From contig CM052832.1 of the NCBI GenBank assembly GCA_028534125.1, positions 12,588,001 to 12,648,000 on the forward strand: DNA of 60,000 nucleotides, read 5' to 3'. The position numbers and the translations under genes are program-made. This stretch comes from Lama glama (Eukaryota). The notes under the pieces are model-generated. The model made no database searches and had not been told where the DNA came from. It saw nothing but the letters and a program-made list of their open reading frames with translations. Numbering within the stretch: position 1 is the stretch's first letter; each line of letters starts with the position of its first letter. Of this stretch, positions 13,033 to 27,015 are shown piece after piece.

Positions 13033-13539
13033 AAAGGAAATCAGGGCAGTTAGAATTGGAACAGTAAAGGAATAATACTAAAAATTGCTAATGTTTAATG
13101 CCCAGGCAAAGATTAGGAATATATATTGTCCTCTTTAATCCTTACCACAGTCCCTTAAGAGAGAGTCATTCATCAGCCCATTTTACCAATGAGTAAACTG
13201 AGGGCTCAGAAAAATGAAGTTACTTGTTCAAGTGGCAGAGCTGGGCTTGAACTCAAGACTTGCTGTTTATAAAGCCTGTGCTTGGGTAGAGTAGGCTGGA
13301 ATCTTGGGTTTGGGAGATGATATTGGTAGGGTCTTGAGCAGGGGAGTGGGTTGATATGAGCCCAGGTAGCTCATATCAGGTCAGGTAGCCATGCAACTGT
13401 ATGTTTGAGGAGGCTGTGTTCAGGAGGAAGGAGACATCAGGAGATCCTGAAGTTGTCTGGGGATGTCTTAGTGAGAGCTTGCTCCAGGGTGGTGGCCATG
13501 AGAATAGACAGGAGGGAGTGGATATAAGAACTGCAGTCT

Positions 13540-14230
13540 ATCAACAAACATATGAGTGAAGGCTCTGTATGGGGTGCTTGAGATATTTAGTGAGAGAAAC
13601 AGGCTCTTGCTCTCCTAGAGTTTACATTCAAATTGAGGGGAAATGGGTAATAAACAAGTCAGGGAATATGTGTGTGTGTATGTGTATATATATATGTATA
13701 TATATATACATATATATATACATATTATGTATATATATATAATGATGATGAGTTCTATAAAAAAGGGTAGGCAGCTAAGGGAACAAGGAGTGGTAGACTG
13801 TGGTTCAAATTCATATACAGTAGTTGGGAATAGGGGTGATCTTTGAGTAGGTGGCACCAGAGCAGAGACCCATGAAGGAAACCTCATGGATATCTGCAGG
13901 AAGTGTGTTCCAGGTGGGAGAATAGCCAGTGCAAAGGCCCTGGGGTAGGAATATTCCCGGCTTATTTAGCAACAATGAGGCATCCTGTATGGCTGAAGCA
14001 AAGTGAGCCATGGGGAGGGGAGTGGGAGTTGGAGTTGGAGTTAGAGAGTTAATGGGACCAGATTGTTTGCAGCCTTGAAAGCTATGTAAGGACTTTGGAT
14101 TTGATTCTGAGTGAGGTGGGGGCCATGGGAGGGTTTTGAGCAAAAGGAGGGACATGAACTGACACCTTTTTAATAGAATTCTTCTGGCTGCCCTGCAGGG
14201 AATAGACTGGAGGAGGTTGGGTATTGAGGC
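13540..14230. mobile_element. L2 fragment containing a (TG)/(TA)n microsatellite at ~13668-13742
   Basis: L2 motifs cagtgcaaaggccctgggg and ggactttggatttgattctgagtgag...ttttgagca; TA tract directly visible. Confidence 0.7.
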
Positions 14231-15107
14231 GAAGGATCCAGGCAGAGACTGTTACAAAAGGAGAGAAGTGAGACAGTACAATGATTAGGTCCTGACAGTG
14301 TTTCAGAGCTCAGGCAAAGGATAGGAGCTGAAAACGGCTCTGAAGTTTGGTGTTGAGAGGCTTGGCACATAATGGCAACGAGGTGGAGCAAAGGCCATGG
14401 AAAGTCAGACAGGTTTGGGGCAGTGGAGGGAAGTAGATAAATGCCTAGACTTCTGGATAAGGAACTCAGGTCTGAACCCTAGCTCTGCCCCGTGCCAGCT
14501 GTGAAAGCCTGAGAAATCACATCTGCTTTCAAAGCTGTGGCTTTTGGGCTTGTCAGACGGGTTTGTGATAAGCATGCAATGAGATGGTGCCTGGGATGCT
14601 CTGAGCACTGTGCCAGGCACTTAGCAAGGCCTTGCTGAATGGTTTTATTTGAATGACAATGCCAGTGCAGTTTGGAACTTCATGGGATTCTGGTGCTGGG
14701 ATGTCTGGGAGAGAAGCTGGTGGAGCAGGTGGACATGAGTGTTGGTGCTCAGGAGAGAGGTCCGTTCTGAAGAGGTAGATCTGCACGTCTGGATTTACGA
14801 TCACAGAGCGATGTGGGTTGACACCATGAGGTGGAATAAAACTGCCACGGAAGAGAGAGCAGAGTGAGAGAGGAGGCTGGGCTGAGACCAGTGCCCTGGG
14901 ATGGGAGGAGAAAGAGGAGCCAGAGCAGGTGGCATCAGGGAGGTAGGAGGAGACCCAAGAGGGGACAGGGACCGGAAAGCTAGGGAAGGGATACAGTCCA
15001 TGGGAGGAAGGGTCGTCTGAGGTCGGGGAGGAGACAGAGTAAGGACCATCTGGGGACTGGGAGGTTGGTGGGGAGACAGCTGCAGCACAGAGCAGGGCTC
15101 ATCAAGA

Positions 15108-15245
15108 TCCAGCCGGAATCCTCTGGGGATTTTGTGAAAGTGCAAATTTTGATTCAGTGGGTCAGGGGCTAAGCAGAGGTTCTGCGTTTCCAGCAAACTC
15201 CTGGGTGAGGCCAATGCTGCTGGCCCCTGGGTTGCTCTTTGAACA
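15108..15245. mobile_element. MER5-type hAT-Charlie DNA transposon fragment
   Basis: gattcagtgggtcagggg...tctgcgtttccagcaaactcctgggtga...tgctgctggccc. Confidence 0.65.
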
Positions 15246-16877
15246 ACAAGGGCAGACAGGAAAAATGATTGGGCTCAGATGGGAAGACTGGGGTTGGAAG
15301 GCCAGCCTGCTGTCTCTAAGGGACCCTGGCCCAGTAGCCTCACCTCTCTGAGCCTCAGTTTCCTTATCTGGAAGGCTGGTTCAGGCACGCCTACCTCTTG
15401 AGTTTACAGAGGAGCCTGAGTGATATCACTTTGTAAATTCAAAGGCAAACTACGGGGACTCTGTTTCCTGAGAACAGAGAGAGTGGCAGGCAGATGGTCG
15501 AAAGCCCCGAGTGTGGGTGGCTTATGGAAGCAGGGGGTGCAGGCTGCGTTCTTGAGAAATGTTGCAGGCCAGGGAGGGTTAGAAGGGCAGTTCCCCTGCC
15601 CAGGCTGGGCCTTCTGTCTGTGAGAAGCTGGGGCTGCAGGGGTGGATGACCTCTGTCGGGGGTGGTGACATGGGCGGGCATTGAGGGTGCTGCTTGGCTG
15701 GCTTGGAGATTCCACCCCAAACTCTTCTTGATTCCTTTTCAGTCCCAGAAACTCGGCCTAGATAGACTGATTATCTGGAGGGTTGGAAGCTGTGTAGAGA
15801 AGTGGTTCTCAGCCCTGGCAGCATGTCAGAACCACCTGGAGAGCTTTTTCAACAACATATGCCTGGCTCCGCCCTCAGCCCTCCTGAATCAGAAACCCTG
15901 CAGGTGGCATGAAGGCAGCTGTGGTCGGAGAGCTCTCCAGTTGATTCTCAGGCACAGCTGGTATAGACAGTGCATCTGAACGAGTCAGGTCCAAACAGAT
16001 ACCTTCTTCCCTTGGGCTTTCTGAGGGCATTTCTGGGTTTTCCAGATCACTGCCCAAGCTTTGTTTCAACCCATTCATCTGGACCCTGGGGTCTTAAGAA
16101 ACCCCAGCTTATTATTCTTTAAACTATGAACAAGGGAACTTGCAGTTTAATGGTTCTAACTGAAAAGTCCATGTCAGGAGCTTGGGAGACTGGCCTCTCT
16201 CCCTGCTTTAACCAGGGAATTTCCAGTCCTGAACCTAGCGAGACTGAAAGAAACAGCCCCAGAAATGTTGTTTTCATTGATTTTCAATAGGTAAATTCTG
16301 TTACCTTTTTGAAATATGTCCCCTTTGTTTATTCTCCTCTCTTTTTGGCTTAGAGAAAATGAAAATTTCAAAGCTGGACCACATCGTAGGAATTCAATGT
16401 AAAGTGAGTTACAAGTTTAATGAGTACCTGCTAAGGGTCTGGGAGGGTAGTGGGTACTATGGCTGCAGAGGTGAAGGACACCTGCCCCTTGTGAGCTTGC
16501 AGTGGGGTAGGGAGAATGCCATCTTTTCCAACATTCTAGTTTTCCAGATGGAGAAGCTGAGGCTCAGCTTGAGGAACCTGCCCTAAGCCCGGCAATTAGA
16601 AAGTAGTGGAGTCAGGATTTGAACTCAAGCCTGCCCAATGCCAAGTCTAAATGCCTGCCTACTTCCCGAAGTGTGAAGTTCCTGAGGGCAGGACCTGGCC
16701 ATGTTTTTGTTCTCTAGCCTGTGCTATGGAGGACAGGTTGGCTGATGGGGGCAGTATAAGGATCCTTAGTCCCATATGAGTTGGGAATCATATTCTGTTG
16801 TTAGAAACAAAGACCTGACTGCAGAGTCTTCAACAAATTAAAGTGACTTTTATAAAAAAACTTCTTTCAAAATTTTA

Positions 16878-16966
16878 ATTAATTAATTATTATTTTTTAA
16901 TGGAGGTGTTGGGGATTGAACCCAGGACCTTGTACATGCTAAGCATGTGCTCTACCACACTCCCCA
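16878..16966 (-). mobile_element. Short tRNA-derived SINE (camelid-like)
   Basis: T-rich tail then ggggattgaacccaggacc (B-box, reverse) and tgctaagcatgtgctctaccac (A-box side). Confidence 0.65.
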
Positions 16967-17284
16967 CTTATAATAACTTCTTATGATCTTTTATACTGTT
17001 TGTACTTCCTATAGTGATACTCCTTTTTAAATCCTAATATTGGTTATTGGTACCTTCTTTTTTTTTTTTTGATTAGTCATTTTAGGGGTTTATCATTGTT
17101 TTGTCTTATCAAAGAACCAAATTTTGGATTTGTCAATCCTCTATGTTGTAAGTTTGTTTTCTTTTTCATCCATGTCTACTCTTTAAAGTGGCTTTATTAA
17201 GTCTAGAGGTAGGCTATCCATGGCTGCTATGGTGGCTCCTCAGTCACTAAAGTTCCAGGTCCCTTTCATCTTGTTCTCTCCTTA

Positions 17285-17470
17285 CAGTGGTGCTTCTCAA
17301 AACTTGCTCCATGTTAGAATTACCAGGGAGTGTTTAAAAATCCTGATGCCTAGATCATACCTCATACCAATTAAATCAGAATGTCTGGGAGTGAGAATCA
17401 AGCATCAGCATTTTTTTTTAAAAGAAACCCAGGTAATTCCAATGTGTAGCAAAGATTATGAACCCCTACC
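17285..17470. mobile_element. MER5-type DNA transposon
   Basis: cagtggtgcttctcaaa...ttagaattacc...ccaattaaatcagaatgtctggg...aatgtgtagc. Confidence 0.7.
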
Positions 17471-19437
17471 TTAGAACATTTTGCCTTAAAGTCACTAAAG
17501 GGCTGCTGGGGCTTAGCCATCATGACACATTCCAGACAGGAAGAAGGGAGGAACATTTAAAAGGTTGAGTCATCTACCAATTAAGTCAGCTTTTCCAGGA
17601 ATCCCCTCCCAATGATGTCTGCTTCCATCTCATTGGTCATTCTTAGATGAAGACAGGCTGAAAAATATAGCTCTTTAGATGGACACATTCTCACCTAAAA
17701 GAATATCAGGTTTCAGTTATAAAGAAGGGGAGATTGGATGCTGGGTAGGTAATGAGCAGTCTTTACCACAAATCCCCACCTCAGGATAAGTTGGCATTTC
17801 TTGAAATGAGAGGATTTAGATGAATGTGAACAGCTGCTCTTCTCCGCATCTCCCCGTGCCCTGCCACCCTAGCTCAGGTGGGCTGGGGGCTCTGTCTGCT
17901 CAGAGTATGTCCAAAAGAAACCTTAGAGAAGACTGAGACCCAGAGTAGGGAACAGGCTTGCTTGGGGTCACCCAGATATTCATGTGAGGATCCAGCTTCC
18001 CATCAGCTTATGCTGTCTCCTCCTCCTCACCCCAACACCCTGTTCATTCACATTTCCATGAGGCTGTTCATTTCCACTGGTTGATATCTTTCCACTAGCA
18101 AGTGGCTTCTTTCAGTCCCAGCTTCAGGAGAGCTCTGTGGGCCCTCCTGATTTTGGGGAACAGAAGCTGAGGGACGGTGCTAAAGGCCATGGGGCAAAGA
18201 GTGTGGCAGAGGTGATCTAGCTTATCTTTCTGCCTCTCAGCCCACACCCACGTGACACCAGGCAACCCCACTGCTGTTTGCTCAATGTCTGGTCCTTGGT
18301 TGGAAGTTCTTCTCATTGCTTGACCTTATTTTAACTTCTATAACATAGCCTCTCATCAGAAAGTTTCAGGAGCTGAGGCCTCTGAGCTGAACTTGAATAT
18401 CTTCTTTGCCCTGAGACTTTTCTTATGTGATTCTCAAGAAACTCTTAGTGAAGGCACTTTCCCCCATCTCTGAGAGGGACATCAGGAGGGTAGAGGTGGG
18501 GACGGAGAGAGATTCTGATGGTCTCATCTACCGGGGTTTGGTTCTGGTACTCTAGTAAAATGTAGGGGGCCCTTGGGGAGGTCAGTTTATCTCCAGAAAA
18601 AGACATAAGCCCACTAGGCAAGCTGAAGCTCTGTGCTGTCACAAGACCTGGCTTTATTTTCCTTCCTGGAATAAAGCCACAGGGTAGATACAGAGAAGGC
18701 CAGGAGATGGGGCTTGAAAATGTGGCAAGAAGTGAGCTCAGCTGCCAACCAGTGCACTTAAGTGATCCAGAGGCAGATCTTTGGGACTGAGTGTAGGAAG
18801 AGACTGAGACCAGAGAAGGTAAGTGGCAAGTCAAGATCACACAGCAATTAGTGCCAAGGCTGAAGTTAAAAGTCATGTCAAGGGACTTTCCAGATGGATC
18901 TTTCTCATTCTCCTATATTTTTGGGGCTCATAAGAAGTCAGGACATGTCTGCATGACATTTATAAGCTCATTTCACGCCCACATCTCTATAATCCTCCCT
19001 TCATTCCTGTAAACTCCCTTTCTTATTCCCAGGCCTCACTGCAGGATCTGGAGCTCACTCTGTGTACGAGACTCCTGGTTAGATGTTAGAATCCATTAAT
19101 GAAATGTCAGGGAGGTCCTGGGAGGCCCCGCCTTGTGGATGGAGGAGGCAGCCAGCTTGGTAGTGTGAACTGAGGTTGCTACCAATCTCCATCAGGTCCA
19201 AGAGCTCTGTCACAATGCTTAAGTTCCACCTTAAAGTTATTATTCAAGTTAGCTGAGAGAAACAGTCACTGTTTCCAGAAGGTTGCTCGGGGAAGGTTGC
19301 TCCAGCATCTCTCAAGCCTTTTTCCAGTGGCCCAGTTTGGTTGATCAGATGAATTGGATCTTAAAGCATTGGGATTCAGGCAAGGAGGTTTCCAAGGAAG
19401 TGATGGGTGGAGATAGGGGAGCATGGTAAAGTATTTG

Positions 19438-19438
<1 letters not shown>

Positions 19439-19468
<30 letters not shown>
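19439..19468. repeat. (TG)15 microsatellite
   Basis: Directly visible. Confidence 0.98.
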
Positions 19469-19469
<1 letters not shown>

Positions 19470-19552
19470 TTGTTAGGCAATATGATGGCTCTGGACTGTG
19501 GCCATGTGAAAGATTTAACAGTGGGCAACCATAGTGATTATAATGGGCTTGG

Positions 19553-19990
19553 ACTCACAATCTTGGCTTGGGTACGCCAGAAGCAGATCCTAAGATAAGG
19601 AGCTGAGTGTGGGTAGTTTATTTGGAAGGTAAGCCTGGGAAGCTCTGGTAGGAGAATGGGGACGAGAGACAGGGAAGCAAAGGAACCAATAGAAGGTGCG
19701 TTGTCAAGCCAGTCACCACCATGTCCCACTAGGGACCTCTGGGACACAGTAAAACACACTTCAAGGTTATTCCACCATGGACATATGGAGTGGGGGCATG
19801 TATACACTAACTCCCATCTGTCACTGGTTGAGGGCTGCCCCAGGGGGTGCCAACTTCCTACTACAAATGCACACACAGGCAGTGTGAGCTCTAGTGGTCA
19901 GAAACAGCTTCAGGCAGAGAAGCAGGTGCTGGCTGGTGTGCACTGAAGAGGTTAGGGGAGGGGGTATGGATAGTAAGGCACCGACAGCCA
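19553..19990. mobile_element. MLT1-type MaLR LTR (approximate)
   Basis: ccagaagcagatcctaagataagga...gtagtttatttggaagg is a typical MLT1 start. Confidence 0.55.
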
Positions 19991-22509
19991 AGCTGTCTCT
20001 TGACCCTAACTGGTCAATTTTTTGAGGCAGAAATCAGTGGTCAGAGGTGAAGGGTCATACCAAGCTCTACCTGCCAGTGAGCTTACCTTCTTTCCTGCTT
20101 CTATCTCCCAAGTCAGATCTGGGCTCCAGGTTACCTGGGGGAGTGTGTGTGTGTGTGTGTGCACACGCGAGTGCAAGCACGTCTTGCTTCACATGGCTAG
20201 GAGAGCAGGCAAGAGACATGAGAGGCTTTCTTCAGATCAAGCCAGTGCACTTCCTTCAGGGGTATTCAGAGGCTGCAGCGAGCTCTCCCATCCCCTCCCG
20301 CCTTCCTTCAGCTCCCCTGTACAGCCATGGCCCCTGGCATTGCCCAGTGGCACAGTGGCTTCGGGTGATGCCGGGAGGGCTTGGCACTGAGGGGTGCCCT
20401 AATGTGCCTGAAGCACCGACACCCTGTCTGGTCACTCCCTCACTTTCTCAGGACCTGAGGGAGCAGGGGCTGTGAGGCAGTTCAGGGTGGGGGTTGGCTG
20501 CATCCTCCCCCACCCCCCAGTCTCCTCTTCATTCTATTGGAGCTGGGACTGGTAAAGGCAGTGGCTCCTTCAGGCTCCCCTGAAGAATTATAGAGCCAGG
20601 CTGAAGGGTGAAAGGCGTAATCAGTGGGGATCCCTGGCTGCTAGTGATCAGTGTGTATGTGTGTCTGTCTGTCTGTCTATGTATGGAGAACCATTAGTAT
20701 GAGATAAACTGCTCTCACTGGGTACTTCAACAGGACTTTTTGTGCACACATAAACCCACATGGGCATACATGTGCGGAAGGTATGTATATGTGTGATGAT
20801 GCACACAAGAACATGTGTTCATGTGCAGAGAGTCATGTGTGTATATGTGGGGGCATTGCAGACCTCTTTGGGGCTTCCCTGGGTCCACCTTTACCCCACA
20901 GGCAGTCTCTGGTCATCCTTGCCTTGGTTCCCAGGATGGAGGCGGGAACAGCATCCAGCACTCTGGGCCATTGGCCCACAGCTTACATCCATCCTGGGTT
21001 ATAGCTGCCCCCAACTCCTAGGAGACCTGAAGTTGGGGGGCAGGGACAGGCCAAGGCTGGCCTGAAGCTCCTGGCTAATTTTCCTGGCCTCCATCGATCC
21101 AGCAGCTTCTCCTGAGTCTATTAGCAGTCGACGAGTGAAAATATCCCCCATCGCAAGCCCTGACCTGAGACAGGCAGGAATCTATAGCAATTTGTTCAAA
21201 CAGAGGAAAGCGTTTCCCTCTGATTTGTATTCCAATTTATTCCAGGCAGGAAGGGGGTCAGGGTGGGGGGACGAGCCCTGGCATGGCTAGAGCTGGGCCT
21301 GGCTGTCCCCCCAGCCCCCTATGCCAGCCAGGGTGGCAGCTGGTGCTCCCCATGGTTCCTGGGTGGGGGGCTGAGGAGGGGAGGGTGGGCCTCAGCAGGG
21401 GGACGGGAAGAGAGACCTGCCAGCCTTCCCAGCAGGCCCTGCTTGGCTGGAGAGCTCAGTTGTGGATTTGGTTTTCGCAAAATACAAAGCCGCCGGCTTG
21501 AAGCCTCTCTCCCGGGCACTGGGGTCTGTGCCAGGCGTGCGCTCACCCGCTGCGCCCGTGCCAGGGTGGGGGTGGGGCTGGCCGTATGGACACAGTGGCC
21601 CCAGCTGGGCTGAGTGGCAGAGGGGCCTCCTTTTCTCCTGAAGCTCTCCCCAGCCAGCCTCAGAGGAACAGAGCTGCTCAGGCTCAGAGGGCAGCTGGCA
21701 CCTTCGAAAGGTTCCTTGCGGAGCTGAGAGCCCATTACCATGGGAGCCCTGAGCACATCTGCCTGACACAGTGCTCAAGCTCCACTCCTGGTCTGAGCAA
21801 ACTGGGGCTCACTGGTGTCCTAACCAGGAAGTCTCTTTTGAGCACCTACAACAACAGCTCCAGCTGATATTTATTAAGTACCAACGACTTGCTGGGCACT
21901 GGACTAAAATACTACCGAATACCCAGTTTTTGCAGAGTCCAGGCTTCCTCCTACACCTCAATTTCCCCACCCTCTGCATACTTATCATCTCCCTCACCCA
22001 TCTCAGCTCAGTGTTCCTCAGTTTCTCCTGGGAATCCCCTCCCCCTTCCACCTGAGGGTGGCTCTGGTGACTGAGGGCCTCGGGACTGATGCCTCTGTGG
22101 CCTCCCTTTGCCAGACGGACCCCACAAAGAAGCTAATCCCCTTTCTTCTGGGTCGCTTCCTTTGGCCCCACCTTGCCTTCCCCTCCCCGCCAGGGCCCAG
22201 GCCTTTGCAGAGGTGGCTCCATGGCAACCGGAGAGGAGGATTCTGGGAAGGGTCAGCCAAGTGGTCGTGCAGCTTCCTCCCTCCACCCCCTCCCCTCCAC
22301 TGTTTCCTTCCCTCAGGCTCTTAAGGGGAGTAACCAGAGAAGTTCTTCACACCGAGGTGTCAGTGACTAGCAGCTCTGAGGTCAGCTGTCGCACATGACT
22401 TGCCAGGCTCCATGACACCACCGAGGTCTAATTTCAGAAGCAAGCAACTAAATATATCAAAGTCGATGCATAATCATCTCTCTTGCTCAGGTGGGAGGGT
22501 AGGGAGGCA

Positions 22510-22680
22510 GTGTGGCCTGAGGGCTAGGGGCAGAGGCTTCTGAAACAGATCTGGGTTCAGATCCTGCCTCAACCGCTCACTGGCTATGTGATCTTGGACA
22601 GGTAATACTCTATGCCTCAGTTTCCCCATGCACAAGATGGTGGTAATAACAGTGCCTTCCTCAGGGGGCTGCGGTGAAGA
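22510..22680. mobile_element. MIR SINE
   Basis: ctgggttcagatcctgcc...tgtgatcttggac...tgcctcagtttcccca core. Similar MIR relics lie near 980, 12350, 13150, 26000, 26700, 39400, 44550, 47350, 50330, 53230 and 54620. Confidence 0.8.
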
Positions 22681-23529
22681 GGAAAGGGGGAAAGCCATTC
22701 TGAGTCTAGTGCCACGTGCTGTTCAGAGGAGGCTCTGCTGAATGAGCGATTCCAGAGCCTGGGCCTGCTCAGGAAGCTGCTGGGTCACAGAGCCTGCCAC
22801 TAGGGAAAGGGCCTGTGAGGCTTCCTGTACAGGCAGGTGACATGATACTGGGGAAAAGAGGGAGCGAGACTGCGACCCTGGCCCTAGAGAAAGGGTGGCA
22901 GAGTTCCAGCCCTCTTCCCATCTTCCTTTTGAGGAAGTTTCTAGCAAGCACAATCCCTTGGAGCTTCTTTATGAGTTGGGAGACAGGTGTTTTTGCACCC
23001 AGCCCTTTACTGCCACCCACATCTGCCCATTCCAGACTCCACTTTCCTCCTAAGAGGTGGCTCCCCCTCTCCCCTGTCCTTACCCTCTAGGAGCCTCATA
23101 ATGGCAGTGACTTTTCTGTCCCTGGCTGTGATTGAACTCTAGCCCAGGTGGCTCCCCCATCCACAAGTCCTTCACTTTTCTCCCCTAACCTACTGGGTTT
23201 CAAGTCATTTACAAGTTGCTCAGAGGCTCAGCATTATAATCAGATCCTATAGTGTATGCCACTTATTTTAGCCAAAAAAGGAGAGAAACCCTTCGGTGAT
23301 GGAGAAAAAAATAATAATGAGAATACTTAAGCAGAGGGGCAAGTATTACACTTACTGATTTATAAATATACCTGATGCTAAAGAAAATATATTCCCAAAT
23401 ATTATGCTTCTAGATTTGACTCTTGGGGAAAAAAAGTTGTTAGGTTTTTCGTCCCTTTCAGGAATTTAACATGTTCTCCCTCCCACGAGTGTTTTCCTTT
23501 GAAAGGGACACAGAAAGAGAATGAACAAG

Positions 23530-24200
23530 TGACTATTTAATATGTTAGTGCTGATGAGGAAGAACACACAAAGCAGGGAAAGGGATTGAGAGGGATGATG
23601 ACGGGGGCAGGTATGCTGTTGTAAATTGGGTGGTTGGGGAAAGCCTCTCTCAGAAGAGAGCTGAAGGAAGCCACGGAGAGAGCTCTGGAAATCTGGGGAT
23701 GAGCAATCCAGCTGAAGGAGCTGCAAGTGCAAAGACCCTGAGGAGGAAGTGGGCTTGGCCTACCTGAAGAACAAGTAAGAAAGTAGTGTGGCGACAGTGG
23801 GGAGGAGGGCAGTAAAACGCAAGGTGGGGATGGGAGCAGAAGACAGAGTGTGACTGGCTATTGAAAAAGCTATCGCTTTGACTTGAAGTGAGATGGGAGT
23901 CGTGGTAGGATTTTGAGCAGAAGAGGGACTGGATCTGACTTAGTGTTGTAAAGGGATTCCTCTGGCTGCTTGTGGAGAACAAGACTGTCCCAGGCAAGGG
24001 AGGAGGCAGGTAGACCTATCTGGAGGCTGCTGTAATAATTCAGGCAGGAGGTGGTGGTGATGGCTAAGACTAGGGTGGTATTGCAGGTGTTGGATTCAGG
24101 GTTAGTTCTGAAGGTCGAGCTGAGAGGGCTCGCTGGTGGATTGGGCATGGGGTGTGGGAGGAGAGAAGTCAGGAATAAGTCCGTTTCTGGCTGACAGTGT
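23530..24200. mobile_element. L2 fragment (approximate)
   Basis: aagtgcaaagaccctgagg, ggattttgagcagaagagggac and ctctggctgct motifs. Confidence 0.65.
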
Positions 24201-27015
24201 GTTGACACTAACGGGGGCAGTGAGGAATGGCTCTCAGACCTGGGAGGTGTTGAGGGGCAGTATGTGCTGTCCTCCTGAGGTCAGTGGATATAGAGAGGGG
24301 CATAAAGCCCTTATATCTCTGCTTCCTAGTTTTTGAAACTTCAGAGCGAATCCTTCTCCTGCCTCCTGAGCTAGGCTGAAGGGCCAGCCTGGAAGAACTA
24401 TGTAGGAGCTGCTTTAAGAGGTATCAAGCAGTCAGGTTGTGGTACCCAGGAACCCACTGTGGCCTGGGATGTTGAGGGATCAGGTTGCTGCCCCACCAGA
24501 GTGGTGGGGTAGGCTCTGCAGAAACACTGTCCTTCCCTCTCCAGCCCTTCTGTCCTGGGGTCTAAGGCCCCACCTGCTCTCAAGCTGCAAGATTGATTTT
24601 GCTTTCAGGGTTGTGATTGTTATCATTATCCACTTAAACAACTTCATAGGAAAAAAAAAAGGAACCCAGTGACAATCAAACATTAACCATTCACTCTAAA
24701 TTCCCTGCCCATACCTGTCAATATATTTTTACATAGCAGTAAACAGTGGTCCATTCTGCTTTCTTGGCCAACTTTATCTCCTACACACGTCTCCTGGTAT
24801 TGACTGAGCCTTTAGACCTGTCAGTTTAATGGCCACAGGGCACCCCCTGCATCGATGCGCTGGAGTTTGGTCACCATTTCTCCAGTGCTGGGCGTTTGGG
24901 CCGATGCCAATTTCTTCTTCTTCTAAATAGCTCTGCCATGAATATCCTTATGTGAATTACTTTTTCCTTTTAAATTATTTCCTTGGGGCCTATTCCCCAA
25001 AGTGAGATTGCCTAATAGGTCATAGGATAGGAGCAGTTTTATGGTTCTCATTTCACACTGCCGGGTTGTGCTACGAAAAGTTTGAACCAGCCTTGTGCAC
25101 AGCCCAGCCACAATGGATTTTATCATTTTAATTTATTTTCACTGGCTTAATAGATGCATTATGGCCTGCTTCTTAAGTTCCAATTTTCACTTCCCGAAAC
25201 CCTATTTGGGTCTTTCAACACCTAATAATAATAAGACCTGATCTGTGCAGAACTTTACAGTTTACATGGCACTTTCTGATATGTCATCTTACTCTTCTCA
25301 ACTTTGAGCCTAATATTATTGGCCTCTGTTTTATATGGTGAAGTGGGGGTTTAGTCAAATTAAGTGCTGGAGTGGAGCTTCTAACCAGTTCTCGCAGGTT
25401 TGTTTGGAAAGAACTCCCACCCACCCACCACCATCCCATTCCTTCTGAGGGCCTAGGGTCCTCAGATGCCCATTTCAGCCTCAGTCCAGTGTCCCAGCCC
25501 CACCTTGGCTCCTACAGCCAGGCCTGTGCCAGGCCACGAGCCATGTCCTGTGCTTTAGGCTTGGGTCTCAGCTCTTGGGGGTGGGAAGAAGCCACTGGGC
25601 TTTGAGTCAGAGGGGCTTTGCGGGGTTTTTGCTTTAGCAAAGCCACAGCCCCGTCCATTCCCTGGCCTAGGGCTGGCCCAGGCTCTGCATTCTGGGTTGG
25701 GGGCCTGGATCTGGCAGTGTATCTCTGGTCCCAACCAGGATGCGCCCTATCCCTAGAGTTGGTCATGGGTACAATGGAGCTGTGTTGTAAGCCTCAGGCT
25801 ACAACAAACAGGGTCACTCAGGGTACATTGGAAGCCTCAGCTCTCAGACTAGGGGGACCTTCTCATGGTGGACATATCCTGAAGTATGAGTTTGGTTTTA
25901 TTCTGCTCCCTTCTAACTATACTTCTAGAGTACCTACTAGGCAGCATGTACTGTGCTCGGTGGATTCCATTCTTATTATATTTAATACTCACAGTAGGGA
26001 GCATTCTTTATGCCCATTTTATAGTCAGGAAACTGAGGCTCTACGCTAGAGGGTTAAATGATTTGCCCCCAGTCACATGGCAGTTATTGCAACAGCATGA
26101 ATGAGAAGCCCTGTGTCTACTCCAGCTCTGCTCCTCCCACGGGCTCTGTTCAAGAGGTATGCTTTGTTGGGTAGACACTTGGTCATATCGAGAGTCTGGG
26201 CTGCTGCCAGGGCCCAGCGCCAGATGAACTCCAGTGATGGGGTCTCCAGCACTGAAAGAACTTGGTGGGGCTGGGTAGCTGGGGCCTGCACAGAAAAGTT
26301 TTACATGAGAAACCCCGTGTCTATGGGTGCCACATCCCTGAGCCTGGCAGACTCAGGTCTTGGGTTCCAGAAGCCATTGTCTGCCCTGATGGATGGTACC
26401 CTCTCTCTCCTGCCATCATCCTGGATGTTCTCTCCTCCCAGTGATTACCTCTTTCTGTCCATACTGATGATCTGGTCTCTCAGGGTTATGGCTCTTGGCA
26501 TGCCCCCAAGTAGACCTCTTTGTTCAGTCTTACATTTTCCTCTTGCAGGCCCCTAGAATAAGTTCCCAGAGGGTCGTGGGCTATATGATCAAATGGAAAG
26601 AGAACTGAAATTTATTTACTAGATACTAATCATTATGTTGTGTACCCAATGTGATTTATCTCATTTAATCCTCACAACCTAGAAGTTATTTCCACTAGAG
26701 CAGAGATGTAGTATTTTCCCATTTTGCAGATGAAGAAACTGAGGCTTCGAGAAGTTAAATAACTTACCCGAGGTCACATAGCCATAGAGGAGATTGAGCT
26801 CTACCTCCTGCCCCTCATACCACACAGGCAGCCCCTGAGACTTGCATTTACAGCCACGGCTCAAGCAGTGTCCAACTCGAGGCATGTGCTTTTCTATTTT
26901 CTCTTCCCTAAGTGTCCTGCCTACACTGGTTAGAGCTGCTCTAGGTCACCTCGTTGTTGAGAGTATTGATTCTGGTGGTCTGGGGCCCAACACGGAGGAA
27001 GTCCCTTTATAGTTT

